A stretch of DNA of 64,000 nt from assembly GCA_964349125.1 (NCBI GenBank), contig CAYGFH010000006.1:11121-75120 (forward strand). Reading direction: 5' to 3'. Under the pieces are notes generated by a model. It was not told where the DNA came from. It saw nothing but the letters and a program-made list of their open reading frames with translations, and did no database searches. The DNA comes from an uncultured Gammaproteobacteria bacterium. GTDB taxonomy: Bacteria > Patescibacteriota > Microgenomatia > UBA10105 > UBA927. Made by a program: the position numbers and the translations under genes. Positions 29,828 through 39,046 of the stretch are shown in pieces. How positions within the stretch are numbered: position 1 is the first letter of the stretch; each line of letters opens with the position of its first letter.

Positions 29828-30973
29828 CTATGGAAGAGATTGACTATCTGTTATATACGTATACAACATGTCGGCAAAGAATTTGTTGCCAGTAGATGAA
29901 AGGTGTTTCCAAATTTCAGGACTAGATTCTTGCGAATCCAAATTAAACATGCTAGCAGATATTGTGGCCCCTGCATATCTATCTTGTTCCACAATTTTTT
30001 TCTCTATACCATCGATACGATTTGATATAAATATTTCGTGTACATCGATATATTCTATTCCGATATTTTCTAAGGCTGATTTCAAATTAGTATACAATTC
30101 AATAGTATCGGGATGTTTCATCAGAACGCCTTGGTTAGGAGCCATTACCAGTATTAAGCGTATATTATACTGAGCGCAGAATTCCATCATCTGTTGAATG
30201 AGGAGTCTTAATTTATCTTGTGCAAATTGCGTTTTTTTTGTTGGCGAATTATATGCAATTCGGACGAGATTTATATGCTGTATATGATTAAGCAAAAAAT
30301 TTCCTGGGCGACTATTTACAATCGACACGGGCAAATATTGGAGTAATTGCCGGACTATATACATTCCATTAATCCATCCCGGTATCTGTATTAGTCTATT
30401 TTGAAAAGGTATAAACAGGGGGAAATAAACCATATCATTTATGTCATTAATGTAGAGCGTCCAAATAAGCATGTATGGCTTTATCCCGTAGGTATTTACT
30501 ATTACATCCTTAAAATACAAGTATTCTTGGTCAGGACCATAGCTCCGGGTACCAGCATTTATAACTGTATAATCAGATAACCGTTGAGATAAGTGATACG
30601 GATATGTTTCATAATTATTCACGCTGTCTCCCCAGGTAGTAGAATCACCTAGCGTAAGTAAAATTTTCTTTTTCGTATCGGTTGCAATCTTTGTGTCACT
30701 AGATTGCAGACGAAAACCATATGCATCGGTAATATCTGGAACATTTGGTTTTGATCTATATATCAACCTTGCATCAGATATAAATTCATGTTTATTTGTA
30801 ATGACGCTATTTGTTTCATCGCCTTCTAACCCTAACACCCATGACCATTGCAATCTCTGTTTCGCATACTGTGTGGATAGCAGATACCAATCCAGAGCAA
30901 ACCACAATACCACAGAGAAAACGGCGATACTTACAACAGAGAGAAGTAATTTATATATAATCTGGAGCCTCAT
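29828..30973 (-). CDS. membrane-anchored SGNH/GDSL-family hydrolase
   Basis: 381 aa. It has an N-terminal TM helix and the block I motif LTLGDSTTWG (GDS(x)xxG). Confidence 0.55.
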   Translation of the reverse strand: MRLQIIYKLLLSVVSIAVFSVVLWFALDWYLLSTQYAKQRLQWSWVLGLEGDETNSVITNKHEFISDARLIYRSKPNVPDITDAYGFRLQSSDTKIATDTKKKILLTLGDSTTWGDSVNNYETYPYHLSQRLSDYTVINAGTRSYGPDQEYLYFKDVIVNTYGIKPYMLIWTLYINDINDMVYFPLFIPFQNRLIQIPGWINGMYIVRQLLQYLPVSIVNSRPGNFLLNHIQHINLVRIAYNSPTKKTQFAQDKLRLLIQQMMEFCAQYNIRLILVMAPNQGVLMKHPDTIELYTNLKSALENIGIEYIDVHEIFISNRIDGIEKKIVEQDRYAGATISASMFNLDSQESSPEIWKHLSSTGNKFFADMLYTYITDSQSLP

Positions 30974-31712
30974 ATATTGTGAGAATTATTTTTGTTATGT
31001 ATATGTTGTTATCGTCTCGCCATAACGCCGAAACACAAGATACCCACAGTATAAGTAATATATATATATTTGAAAAGAAGCTCCCACCCTATCACAGGGC
31101 GCGAACACTTCCTGTATGCCCTGTGAGGCATGCGCCCTTATCGAATAAATTACTAGTATTCTTGCAGAAAATTTCAGTTTACTTCATGAATTGCAAAGTC
31201 AAACATCAAAGCAATATAGTTATAAGGATAAAAACATCTACAGAATTAGTTCAAATTCTTTGCGAGGAAGATTACTGTTTTTTCCCAAGCATCTTTGATT
31301 TCTTTGGTGCGTAGTTTTCGCCAGACGGGTTTGCAAAGGCAGTTCCACTCCGTATCAAATATGAATATCATGTGTGACCCTCAGTGCGGTCAATGAAGCA
31401 TCAAATTCCTTTACTCTTTCATGAGTCATTACAACTTCAGAGTATTCTCAGGCTTTTTGAGGCATGACAAAATACCCGTTCGTCACAGGAAAGTAGGATA
31501 CATCATCGGTCTACTCAATCCGCGTCCGGAAGCCGGTGACCATGGCATCTATTTTTTCTGTATCTGAAATTTTGGTGCCATCGAGCTAAAAAGTAGGTAC
31601 ACCAGGTAATAAGGATACCGATCAAATACATAATGGGAGAAAATTTTGCAATCATAGTAATCCACTAGTGTGAAACATAGATCACAAAAGTCAAATCAGG
31701 AAGTAGACGTAT

Positions 31713-32303
31713 TTATTTGGATGCAAAAATAAGCGTCCAGGCAAACGGTGTATATACACGCTGTATAGATAACCCAGCGCTTCTTAACAAGGTAACGATT
31801 GCATATGATGACCAATGATTAATATGTTCTGGATGGTTACCAAATGTACGTGGATATTTTCCTCGCAGAAAATTTGCGATTTGAAAATACGGCTCATTTG
31901 GGACGGAAACAAGTATGTGTTTTTTAGACACACGGCGTATTTCTGCTATAGCTTTCTCCGGATGTTCCAAATGCTCCAGCACTTCAGAACAGATAACCAG
32001 ATCAAACGCCGATTCCGGAAACGGGAGGGAATATATCGATGCCTTTGCAATTCGAAGTGTTGGCGCTGTTTTTTCGGCCAATGCTATGGCTTCTTCTGAA
32101 TAATCTATTCCTGACATTGTCGCTTTAATACCTGCCTTGGTAAGCTGTGTCAGAGTAAATCCTTCGCCACAGCCTGCATCAAGAATTGTCTTGGGATTAG
32201 CAAGGCGGACACACTCGATTAGTCTCCTGTTAAATCGCGACAAAAGATACCGCTGTATAGGATTGCTATTGGTATGCTTCGCGTAATTTGTAGTTACTTT
32301 CAT
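31713..32303 (-). CDS. class I SAM-dependent methyltransferase (type 11)
   Basis: 196 aa. It has motif I ILDAGCGEGFTL, motif II DLVICSEVLEHL and HILVSVPN. Confidence 0.75.
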   Translation of the reverse strand: MKVTTNYAKHTNSNPIQRYLLSRFNRRLIECVRLANPKTILDAGCGEGFTLTQLTKAGIKATMSGIDYSEEAIALAEKTAPTLRIAKASIYSLPFPESAFDLVICSEVLEHLEHPEKAIAEIRRVSKKHILVSVPNEPYFQIANFLRGKYPRTFGNHPEHINHWSSYAIVTLLRSAGLSIQRVYTPFAWTLIFASK

Positions 32304-32304
32304 A

Positions 32305-33846
32305 ATGAGGTCATCACCGATTCTTGTATGTCAATCGCCTCTACTTCACAGTGAATCGATCAATTATAATATACCCGTGGGAAAAACACTGACGGAATTC
32401 GTGAAACGACATTGGGATACTATTATCCTTACACTGCTGATCTCCGTGTATACCGTTGTTCTGGCAACGCTGTCTGTACGCCGACATAATGCATTCGCAT
32501 CCCTCTTTGATTTGGCGAATATGGATCAGACGCTGTGGTATACGCTCAACGGACATTTTTTTCAATTCAGACTTCCCGACGATTTTGTATCCCGATTTTC
32601 CGTACACGCCGATATCCTACTCATACTGTTATCTCCCCTGTATATCATTTGGAATGATGTCCGGGCGCTTCTTGTATCCTCATCATTTTTTCTGGCTTTG
32701 GGTGCAATACCTGTATTTCTGCTGTCCCGAACGCTGTTGGGGAGGAAGATACCTGCACTTATACTTGCGCTTGCGTACCTGCTTAATCCCGGTGTGCAGT
32801 GGACAAATATATATGACTTTCATGCGGTTTCTCTCGCTATCCCACTACTGCTTGCAGCATTTTATTGTGCCCATGCGAAACGGTGGCGTTGGTACGCAGT
32901 CTGGACAATATTGGCCATTCTGACTAAAGAAGATATATCCCTGAATATCGCGATGATGGGACTTATGATAGCGCTGGTGTATAAAGAACGCGTGGTCGGG
33001 GTTATCACATTTCTCTTAGGTATCGCCTGGTTTTTTAGTATGGTGACCGTTGTCATGCCGTATTTCAGCCCAAACAACATCCACTGGGCGTTGGATAAAA
33101 TGACGGGAAGTGTGGAGAACCCATTAGCACAAACCATCTCCCGGTATACTGATCCACGCGTACTCATCTCCACGTTTATCACCAACCCAAAGACGATCGA
33201 GTATTATACACTCCTCCTGAAGCAATTTGCCTATGTACCCATCTTGGGATTGCCATGGTTGCTATTGGGAGCACCCGCTTTAGCCATAAATGTAATACGT
33301 GACACCACATCCATCACATTTCATTACGACAGCGGTGTAATTCCTGCTCTAGTGATTGCAACAATATACGGTTTCTACTATCTCAAGAGGATTTTGATGT
33401 TGATTCCACTTCAAAAATCATTGCGTGTTGGTGTAATGACCGTATTTATGCTTTTGTTTATTACCGCAGTATCCAGAGTGAATTATCATTACAGCCCACT
33501 TCCTACCACGCCATCATGTTCCTGTTATATCTATAACGTCACGGATGAGGACCGTGAATTTGAAAAGAAATTGCAGTCAATCCCGAAAGACGCATCGATC
33601 ACGGCATCTCTCGAGATTCGTCCGCATGTAAGCCATCGGGAGCTTGCGTTCACACTCCCTAGTGCCACAGAGTCCGCTACGTATATTGCCATGATTACGC
33701 AAAACAGAATTATCAGTGATTACGATGAAAAAACGTATGAGAAGGAATTAATCGCCGATTTAAAGTCCAAACCGGACCAGTTTGAGATACTCCATGCCAG
33801 TGAACATTTCTACTTATTTAAACGAAGACTGCAAGTTGATCTGTGA
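32305..33846 (+). CDS. DUF2079-like polytopic membrane protein (first gene of glycosylation operon)
   Basis: 513 aa, multi-TM. The segment FDLANMDQTLWYTLNGHFF resembles the conserved N-terminal region of DUF2079 proteins. It overlaps the next gene by 4 bp (ATGA). Confidence 0.45.
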   Translation: MRSSPILVCQSPLLHSESINYNIPVGKTLTEFVKRHWDTIILTLLISVYTVVLATLSVRRHNAFASLFDLANMDQTLWYTLNGHFFQFRLPDDFVSRFSVHADILLILLSPLYIIWNDVRALLVSSSFFLALGAIPVFLLSRTLLGRKIPALILALAYLLNPGVQWTNIYDFHAVSLAIPLLLAAFYCAHAKRWRWYAVWTILAILTKEDISLNIAMMGLMIALVYKERVVGVITFLLGIAWFFSMVTVVMPYFSPNNIHWALDKMTGSVENPLAQTISRYTDPRVLISTFITNPKTIEYYTLLLKQFAYVPILGLPWLLLGAPALAINVIRDTTSITFHYDSGVIPALVIATIYGFYYLKRILMLIPLQKSLRVGVMTVFMLLFITAVSRVNYHYSPLPTTPSCSCYIYNVTDEDREFEKKLQSIPKDASITASLEIRPHVSHRELAFTLPSATESATYIAMITQNRIISDYDEKTYEKELIADLKSKPDQFEILHASEHFYLFKRRLQVDL

Positions 33847-34334
33847 AGATAGATAACAATATAACGAAAAATATACTGGTAAAACATGAACGTATCTGCT
33901 ATAACCATCATATGGCAAGTGCAATTGAGACAATCTTCTACAAGAATAAACCTGCAGCTATCATTGCCAGAGGCTCAGTTGCAGTTGACGGCATTAAATT
34001 CATAACAGACCCCGATAACGCACTCCAGGTTGGGTTTCACCAGCGACCAAAGGGTATGAAACTTGAGCCCCATGTACATACGATGGAAAAACCGATCATT
34101 ATTGAGGAAATTCAGGAAGTACTTATGGTTATGTCCGGTTCAGTCCGACTTACAGTGTATGCGCATACCGGTGAGGTGTTAGGCAAGAGAATACTCAAAG
34201 CAAACGATAGCGTGCTGTTACTGCGTGAAGGACACCAGATCGAATACTTGGAAGATACACGAATGTTTGAAGTAAAACAAGGTCCATACCCGGGTGTGAA
34301 AAACGCAAAAATATATCTAAACAAAAAATCATAA
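33843..34334 (+). CDS. cupin-fold protein, possible WxcM/FdtA-like sugar 3,4-ketoisomerase
   Basis: 163 aa. His-containing beta strands (HQRPKGMKLEPHVHT, VLMVMSGSVRLTVY) are typical of small cupins. The context is decisive: it is translationally coupled with a DegT aminotransferase. Confidence 0.45.
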   Translation: MKIDNNITKNILVKHERICYNHHMASAIETIFYKNKPAAIIARGSVAVDGIKFITDPDNALQVGFHQRPKGMKLEPHVHTMEKPIIIEEIQEVLMVMSGSVRLTVYAHTGEVLGKRILKANDSVLLLREGHQIEYLEDTRMFEVKQGPYPGVKNAKIYLNKKS

Positions 34335-34338
34335 CACC

Positions 34339-35445
34339 ATGATCCCGGTCAACGAACCACTCATAGCACCAAATGCTCTCCCCTACGTGAAGGATTGTAT
34401 TGAGACCGGCTGGATTTCCTCATCAGGCAAATATATAGAGCAGTTTGAATCCGCATTCGCAAAGTATCTGGATGTAGCATATGCCACCACCACAACCAAC
34501 GGAACGACAGCACTTCACCTGGCGCTGGCTGCGCTCGATATACAAAAGGGTGACGAAATTATCGTTCCAGACTTGACGATTATCTCCTGCGGGCTGGCTC
34601 CCCTCTACATGGGCGCTACACCAGTATTTGTTGATGTCGATCCCAGAACCGGAAATATTGATCCTACACTCATTGAGAAACATATTACGAAAAAAACAAA
34701 AGCTATTATGGTAGTACACCTCTACGGTCACGCGGCAGATATGGATCCTATCATGGAGATTGCCAGACGACATAACCTACACGTAGTGGAAGATGCCGCG
34801 GAGGCACACGGCGCACTGTACAAAGGGAAAAAAGTCGGCGGTATCGGGGATATCGGCTGTTTCAGTTTTTATGGAAATAAGATAGTGACAACAGGCGAAG
34901 GCGGCATGGTAGTGACCAACAACAAATCCCTCTATGAGCATGCCAAGGTGCTCAAAGACCTCGCGCACAGTCCCGCTAAGCGGTTTTACCACGAAGAAGT
35001 TGGATTTAATTTCCGTATGACAAACATGCAGGCAGCTCTTGGATTGGCACAATTGGAGCAGATAAATACCTATCTCAAGATAAAAATGCATATGGCTGAA
35101 CAATATACAAAGCAGCTTTCAGATATCAAGTGTCTGGAACTCCCTATTCAGGAATCCTGGGCCACAAATGTCTATTGGATGTACGCACTTCTTGTTAAAA
35201 AAGACGCGAATGTTAATCGGGATACGCTGCGAAAAAAACTGAAAGAATCTGGTATTGACACCAGAGACTACTTTGTACCGCTCCATAGACAACCTGTGTT
35301 CGTGTCACTGGGGCTTAGCAAAAAGGCATCCTATCCTGTCAGTGATGATCTGTCCGATCGCGGTTTTTACCTCCCGTCGGGACTCGCCATAACAGATGAA
35401 CAAATCCGGCAGGTCACAACGGTGCTGCATACTTTACTACCATGA
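34339..35445 (+). CDS. DegT/DnrJ/EryC1/StrS family sugar aminotransferase (PLP-dependent)
   Basis: 368 aa. The N-terminus IPVNEPLIAPNALPYVKDCIETGWISSSGKYIEQFE is the canonical start of this family. A lysine-containing FSFYGNKIVTTGEGG block is present. Confidence 0.9.
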   Translation: MIPVNEPLIAPNALPYVKDCIETGWISSSGKYIEQFESAFAKYLDVAYATTTTNGTTALHLALAALDIQKGDEIIVPDLTIISCGLAPLYMGATPVFVDVDPRTGNIDPTLIEKHITKKTKAIMVVHLYGHAADMDPIMEIARRHNLHVVEDAAEAHGALYKGKKVGGIGDIGCFSFYGNKIVTTGEGGMVVTNNKSLYEHAKVLKDLAHSPAKRFYHEEVGFNFRMTNMQAALGLAQLEQINTYLKIKMHMAEQYTKQLSDIKCLELPIQESWATNVYWMYALLVKKDANVNRDTLRKKLKESGIDTRDYFVPLHRQPVFVSLGLSKKASYPVSDDLSDRGFYLPSGLAITDEQIRQVTTVLHTLLP

Positions 35446-36191
35446 GCGCGGTTTCCGTGATTCTCCCAACATTTAACGAAGCAGGAAATATACCTCTCCT
35501 TCTTGCATCACTGCACAGGCAAGTCAGAAACCTCAAGGAAATACTGATAGTCGATGATAACTCACCAGATAACACAGCAGTAATAGCCAAAAAATGGGCT
35601 GCTGATCATGCTAAACATGTATCAGTGCGTGTTATATTGAGGCGGTCAGATAACGGACTCACACAGAGTATCAGCGAAGGCATACGTCAGGCAAAAGGGA
35701 CAATAATAGTATGGATGGACGCGGATTTTTCCCATCCACCGGAGGTGATTAACACTCTCGTTGCACAGATTGAAAATGGCTTCGATATAGCCGTCGCCTC
35801 ACGCTTCATACGGGGAGGAAAGTCCAAACTCGCACGCGATGAAACCGAATCCAAAGCCGCAATCGTTCTAAGCTCACTGGCAAACCGCATAATGCAGTAC
35901 GTGTTTCAGGTATCGTTTCACGATTTTACCAGCGGATTTATAGCCGTACGGAAACAGTGCGTAAGAGCTATTCCGCTTACCGGATCGTACGGCGAATATT
36001 TTATTGATTTTATTATACGTGCACTTGCCAAGGGATACACAGTCGTCGAGCTGCCGTATGTATCACCATCCAGACTCCATGGGGCCTCAAAAACAGCACC
36101 CTCATTCGGTATACTGCTTCGCAGGGTACGTCAGTACGGTGGTACTATTATCAGACTGCTATGGGAAAAATACATAACGCACACGCTATAA
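35442..36191 (+). CDS. GT2 polyprenyl-phosphate sugar transferase (DPM1/GtrB/ArnC-like)
   Basis: 249 aa. VSVILPTFNEAGNI...ILIVDDNSPDNT...VWMDADFSHPP is the DPM1-like GT-A signature. Confidence 0.8.
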   Translation: MSAVSVILPTFNEAGNIPLLLASLHRQVRNLKEILIVDDNSPDNTAVIAKKWAADHAKHVSVRVILRRSDNGLTQSISEGIRQAKGTIIVWMDADFSHPPEVINTLVAQIENGFDIAVASRFIRGGKSKLARDETESKAAIVLSSLANRIMQYVFQVSFHDFTSGFIAVRKQCVRAIPLTGSYGEYFIDFIIRALAKGYTVVELPYVSPSRLHGASKTAPSFGILLRRVRQYGGTIIRLLWEKYITHTL

Positions 36192-36766
36192 CATACAGGG
36201 AGATTACCCATTCCGAAATCCCCACTGCTTCCAAACTGCATGAGAAGGTATTGGAAAGCACAGGTTCTCTCATTGGACAACCGTATGTACAGGCACTATA
36301 TAGTGATTTGCTATCCAATACTCCGGATACTATGGTGATGGGAGCATTCAACGGAAATTCTCTTGTCGGACTGGTGAGCGCATCCCGATCTGTTACTGCA
36401 ACAGACTCAGTTGTATCTGCGCATTTGTTTGAACTTCTTCCCCGGATAATCATCTCTGGACTCAAAGGTCATATTTCACCCATAGAAATTTTGACCCGTC
36501 GGTCCTTACATGCGTATGTGAAAACACTCATGAAACCTGATGATGTATATATTCACACGCTGTTCACCGATCCGGCGCACAGGAGATGTGGGATAGCATC
36601 CGCCCTGGTTGGTGAAATACAAAAACGCATGGGTGCATCGTATATCTATGTAGATACCCGAAAATCAAACAACACTGCCCTCTCGTCCTATACGCATATG
36701 GGCTTTGAGATGGTAAAAGAGATAGGCAATGCGGTGTTACTGAGGTCCGTGGTTCGTACACAGTAA
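36161..36766 (+). CDS. GNAT family N-acetyltransferase
   Basis: 201 aa. Motif A is HTLFTDPAHRRCGIASALVGEIQKRM. There is a 31-bp overlap with the upstream GT2. Confidence 0.7.
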   Translation: MGKIHNAHAITYREITHSEIPTASKLHEKVLESTGSLIGQPYVQALYSDLLSNTPDTMVMGAFNGNSLVGLVSASRSVTATDSVVSAHLFELLPRIIISGLKGHISPIEILTRRSLHAYVKTLMKPDDVYIHTLFTDPAHRRCGIASALVGEIQKRMGASYIYVDTRKSNNTALSSYTHMGFEMVKEIGNAVLLRSVVRTQ

Positions 36767-36777
36767 ACACGACCCTT

Positions 36778-38469
36778 GTGTTCCCTGTCACTTTGGCATT
36801 AAATACATTCATGTATTCACGACTTGTTGCCGCTATCAGGCAAAAACGCACGATCCAATTGTTCGTGCTTTTTATCCTAATACTGCAGCTGGGACAATAC
36901 ATGTTTCTCTACACGAGAGCAAACAGAATCACACCGACAGGTCATGTGCATACAATTGAGAATGTTGATGCCTACTACCCGGATGTTATCCGCCAAGCAA
37001 AGATGGGTGCATGGGCACATACGTATTCACTTACCACCGAGCCAACTTCCCCGATTTACACCTATTTATTTTTCATTGCTGCCGGAAAAGTAGCGGCACT
37101 CGGTGATATTGATCCCGTGATTATGTATGAAATAACTCGTGTAACGGGTGGAATTGCCGTGATACTGACCACGTATTGGCTTATATCACTGTTGTTTCCT
37201 ATTTCTTTACAATTTCCTGCATTGTGCTTTGCACTTATGCTTGAAACGGGCCCAGAGTGGAGCCGCATGTTTTCGGCGGCGCCGTGGCACTGGACAGCTG
37301 CACTTCCCCCGCAGGCTGTTATCGCCCGGCATTTCGGATTACCGCATCACACGTGGAGTGAAGCATTCGGGCTCGCACTTTTAGCTGTCGTGATCATTGA
37401 AATGAAGAAACGGACCTGGTACATGCCGCTTGGTCTGCTGTTTTTTTCCATTTGCGGACCGCTTATTAATCCGACATATTTTTTGATACTAATCAGCTGC
37501 GTGTTTCCAATCTGGATACTGTACTCGTACAAAATCGGGACGATAAGCACAGCGCTCATTCCAATAGTATTTTCTACCGTAGGCGTCTTGTGTGCTGGAT
37601 TGTTTACCAAATCGCAATTTCTCGTGGGACCGCCGTGGAATGCGGTTATTGCATCTGAAAAATCCTGGTGGACAACTGAATATATCCTCACTCCTTTTAT
37701 ACAGTCGTTTGGGTTGTATTACCCGTTTGTTGTGGTCTTGTTCATTCTGATACCTATGACATGGAGGCATTGGTCGCGGTCTATGCGCCAGATATTTTTT
37801 CTGTCACTTGGGTGGAGTTTTTTGCCAGTAGGGCTCATATACATTTCCGCGCTTCCCTGGGTACCGCTGGTTAATGGTCGCATAGCGTCTGATCTCACTC
37901 CAGTTCCTATAGCACTGCTGTCCACACTTGCCTTCTATGCTGTGACGAGAATGCAGTATGGCATGAGTGTGGCTCGCATCGTGTTGTGTGTGGTACTCGG
38001 AATCACTGTGGGTATTTCCGGAATTCTATCCGTACGATACCATGCGCTCACCATTGAAGATCAGAATGCGTCCATTCAGCATAAAGGAAATAGCTTTACA
38101 CTCTATCCGACAATCGCGCTTTGGGAAGGAATGATGGAACTAAAGAAACTCCCGCCTTGGAGCCATGTCATGATATTGCCTCGTATGGGTGATATCCTCA
38201 TGGCGTATATGCCTATTCATGTCTATCAGGGACAGCCGCATGATGGCGATGTGGATTGGCTGGAACGTCGCGGTGTATCTCATCGTTTTTACACTGGAGA
38301 GATGTCCAGAGAAGAATTAAAAGCGGTCTTTACCTACAATAACATTTCGTATGTGTTCGTGGGTCCCGAGGAAAAGTATCCGCGGGTAACAAAAGAATTT
38401 TACCCGGATATCCTGACAGTTATCTTTTCTAATGATGAGGTGACGATTTATAAAGTTACTGGCCTGTGA
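36778..38469 (+). CDS. GT-C fold membrane glycosyltransferase (ArnT/PMT-like), terminal gene of glycosylation operon
   Basis: 563 aa. It has about 11 TM helices over the first ~430 aa, then a soluble C-terminal domain. The architecture matches GT39/GT83 lipid-linked-sugar transferases. Confidence 0.45.
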   Translation: MFPVTLALNTFMYSRLVAAIRQKRTIQLFVLFILILQLGQYMFLYTRANRITPTGHVHTIENVDAYYPDVIRQAKMGAWAHTYSLTTEPTSPIYTYLFFIAAGKVAALGDIDPVIMYEITRVTGGIAVILTTYWLISLLFPISLQFPALCFALMLETGPEWSRMFSAAPWHWTAALPPQAVIARHFGLPHHTWSEAFGLALLAVVIIEMKKRTWYMPLGLLFFSICGPLINPTYFLILISCVFPIWILYSYKIGTISTALIPIVFSTVGVLCAGLFTKSQFLVGPPWNAVIASEKSWWTTEYILTPFIQSFGLYYPFVVVLFILIPMTWRHWSRSMRQIFFLSLGWSFLPVGLIYISALPWVPLVNGRIASDLTPVPIALLSTLAFYAVTRMQYGMSVARIVLCVVLGITVGISGILSVRYHALTIEDQNASIQHKGNSFTLYPTIALWEGMMELKKLPPWSHVMILPRMGDILMAYMPIHVYQGQPHDGDVDWLERRGVSHRFYTGEMSREELKAVFTYNNISYVFVGPEEKYPRVTKEFYPDILTVIFSNDEVTIYKVTGL

Positions 38470-38488
38470 ACTGAGAGACAGGTACACA

Positions 38489-38992
38489 TCATTCTATGCC
38501 CAAATCCGTTGGGGTAAACGCCAGTGGCAGAATGCTCTTGAGTGATGTGATGCTATGAATGTGTGCATCGGGGTCCGCCAAGACGATGAGTGCATTATCT
38601 GCATGCTCCGCGATAATCTGACGGCACCTCCCGCAGGGAGCACTTGTCCCAGCATGCGAGACTGCGACGGCTTTGATAAACCGGCGCCCGGATCTGGCTA
38701 TTTCCCCGCCAATGATCGCACTCGTGATAGCAGATTCTTCCGCGTGGTCTGTCTCAGAATAACTTGCTCGCTCAGCGTTGACTCCGGTATATACTTTGCC
38801 TGACGTAGTGAGGATGGCAACACCCACGTGATACTTGGAATACGGAGCATATGAATTTGTGCGGATATCACGGGCATCCATTGCAAGCTGCTCTATCATC
38901 TCGGTCCCAATGGTTGCAGCAGCTTCTTCAATCCAAACAGATTCGTGCAAAAAATCCTGTACCGTTGGCATCCAAATAGGAAGTGTTTTCAT
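38489..38992 (-). CDS. cdd: cytidine deaminase
   Basis: It has the zinc-binding motifs HAEESAI and PCGRCRQ. The true start is probably an internal Met (about 130 aa). Confidence 0.8.
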   Translation of the reverse strand: MKTLPIWMPTVQDFLHESVWIEEAAATIGTEMIEQLAMDARDIRTNSYAPYSKYHVGVAILTTSGKVYTGVNAERASYSETDHAEESAITSAIIGGEIARSGRRFIKAVAVSHAGTSAPCGRCRQIIAEHADNALIVLADPDAHIHSITSLKSILPLAFTPTDLGIE

Positions 38993-39046
38993 ATACGCAC
39001 ATCATAATAGATTACACCTCAAAACGCGATAGATTACTTGTCGCCG

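Noticed and set aside
31515-31545. GTCCGGAAGCCGG segment reminiscent of the SRP RNA helix-8 GUCCGGAAGGAAGC core
   Set aside because: Only about 8 nt match. It lacks the AGCAGCC continuation and a complementary 3' strand forming the conserved asymmetric loops, so the similarity is insufficient to call 4.5S RNA.
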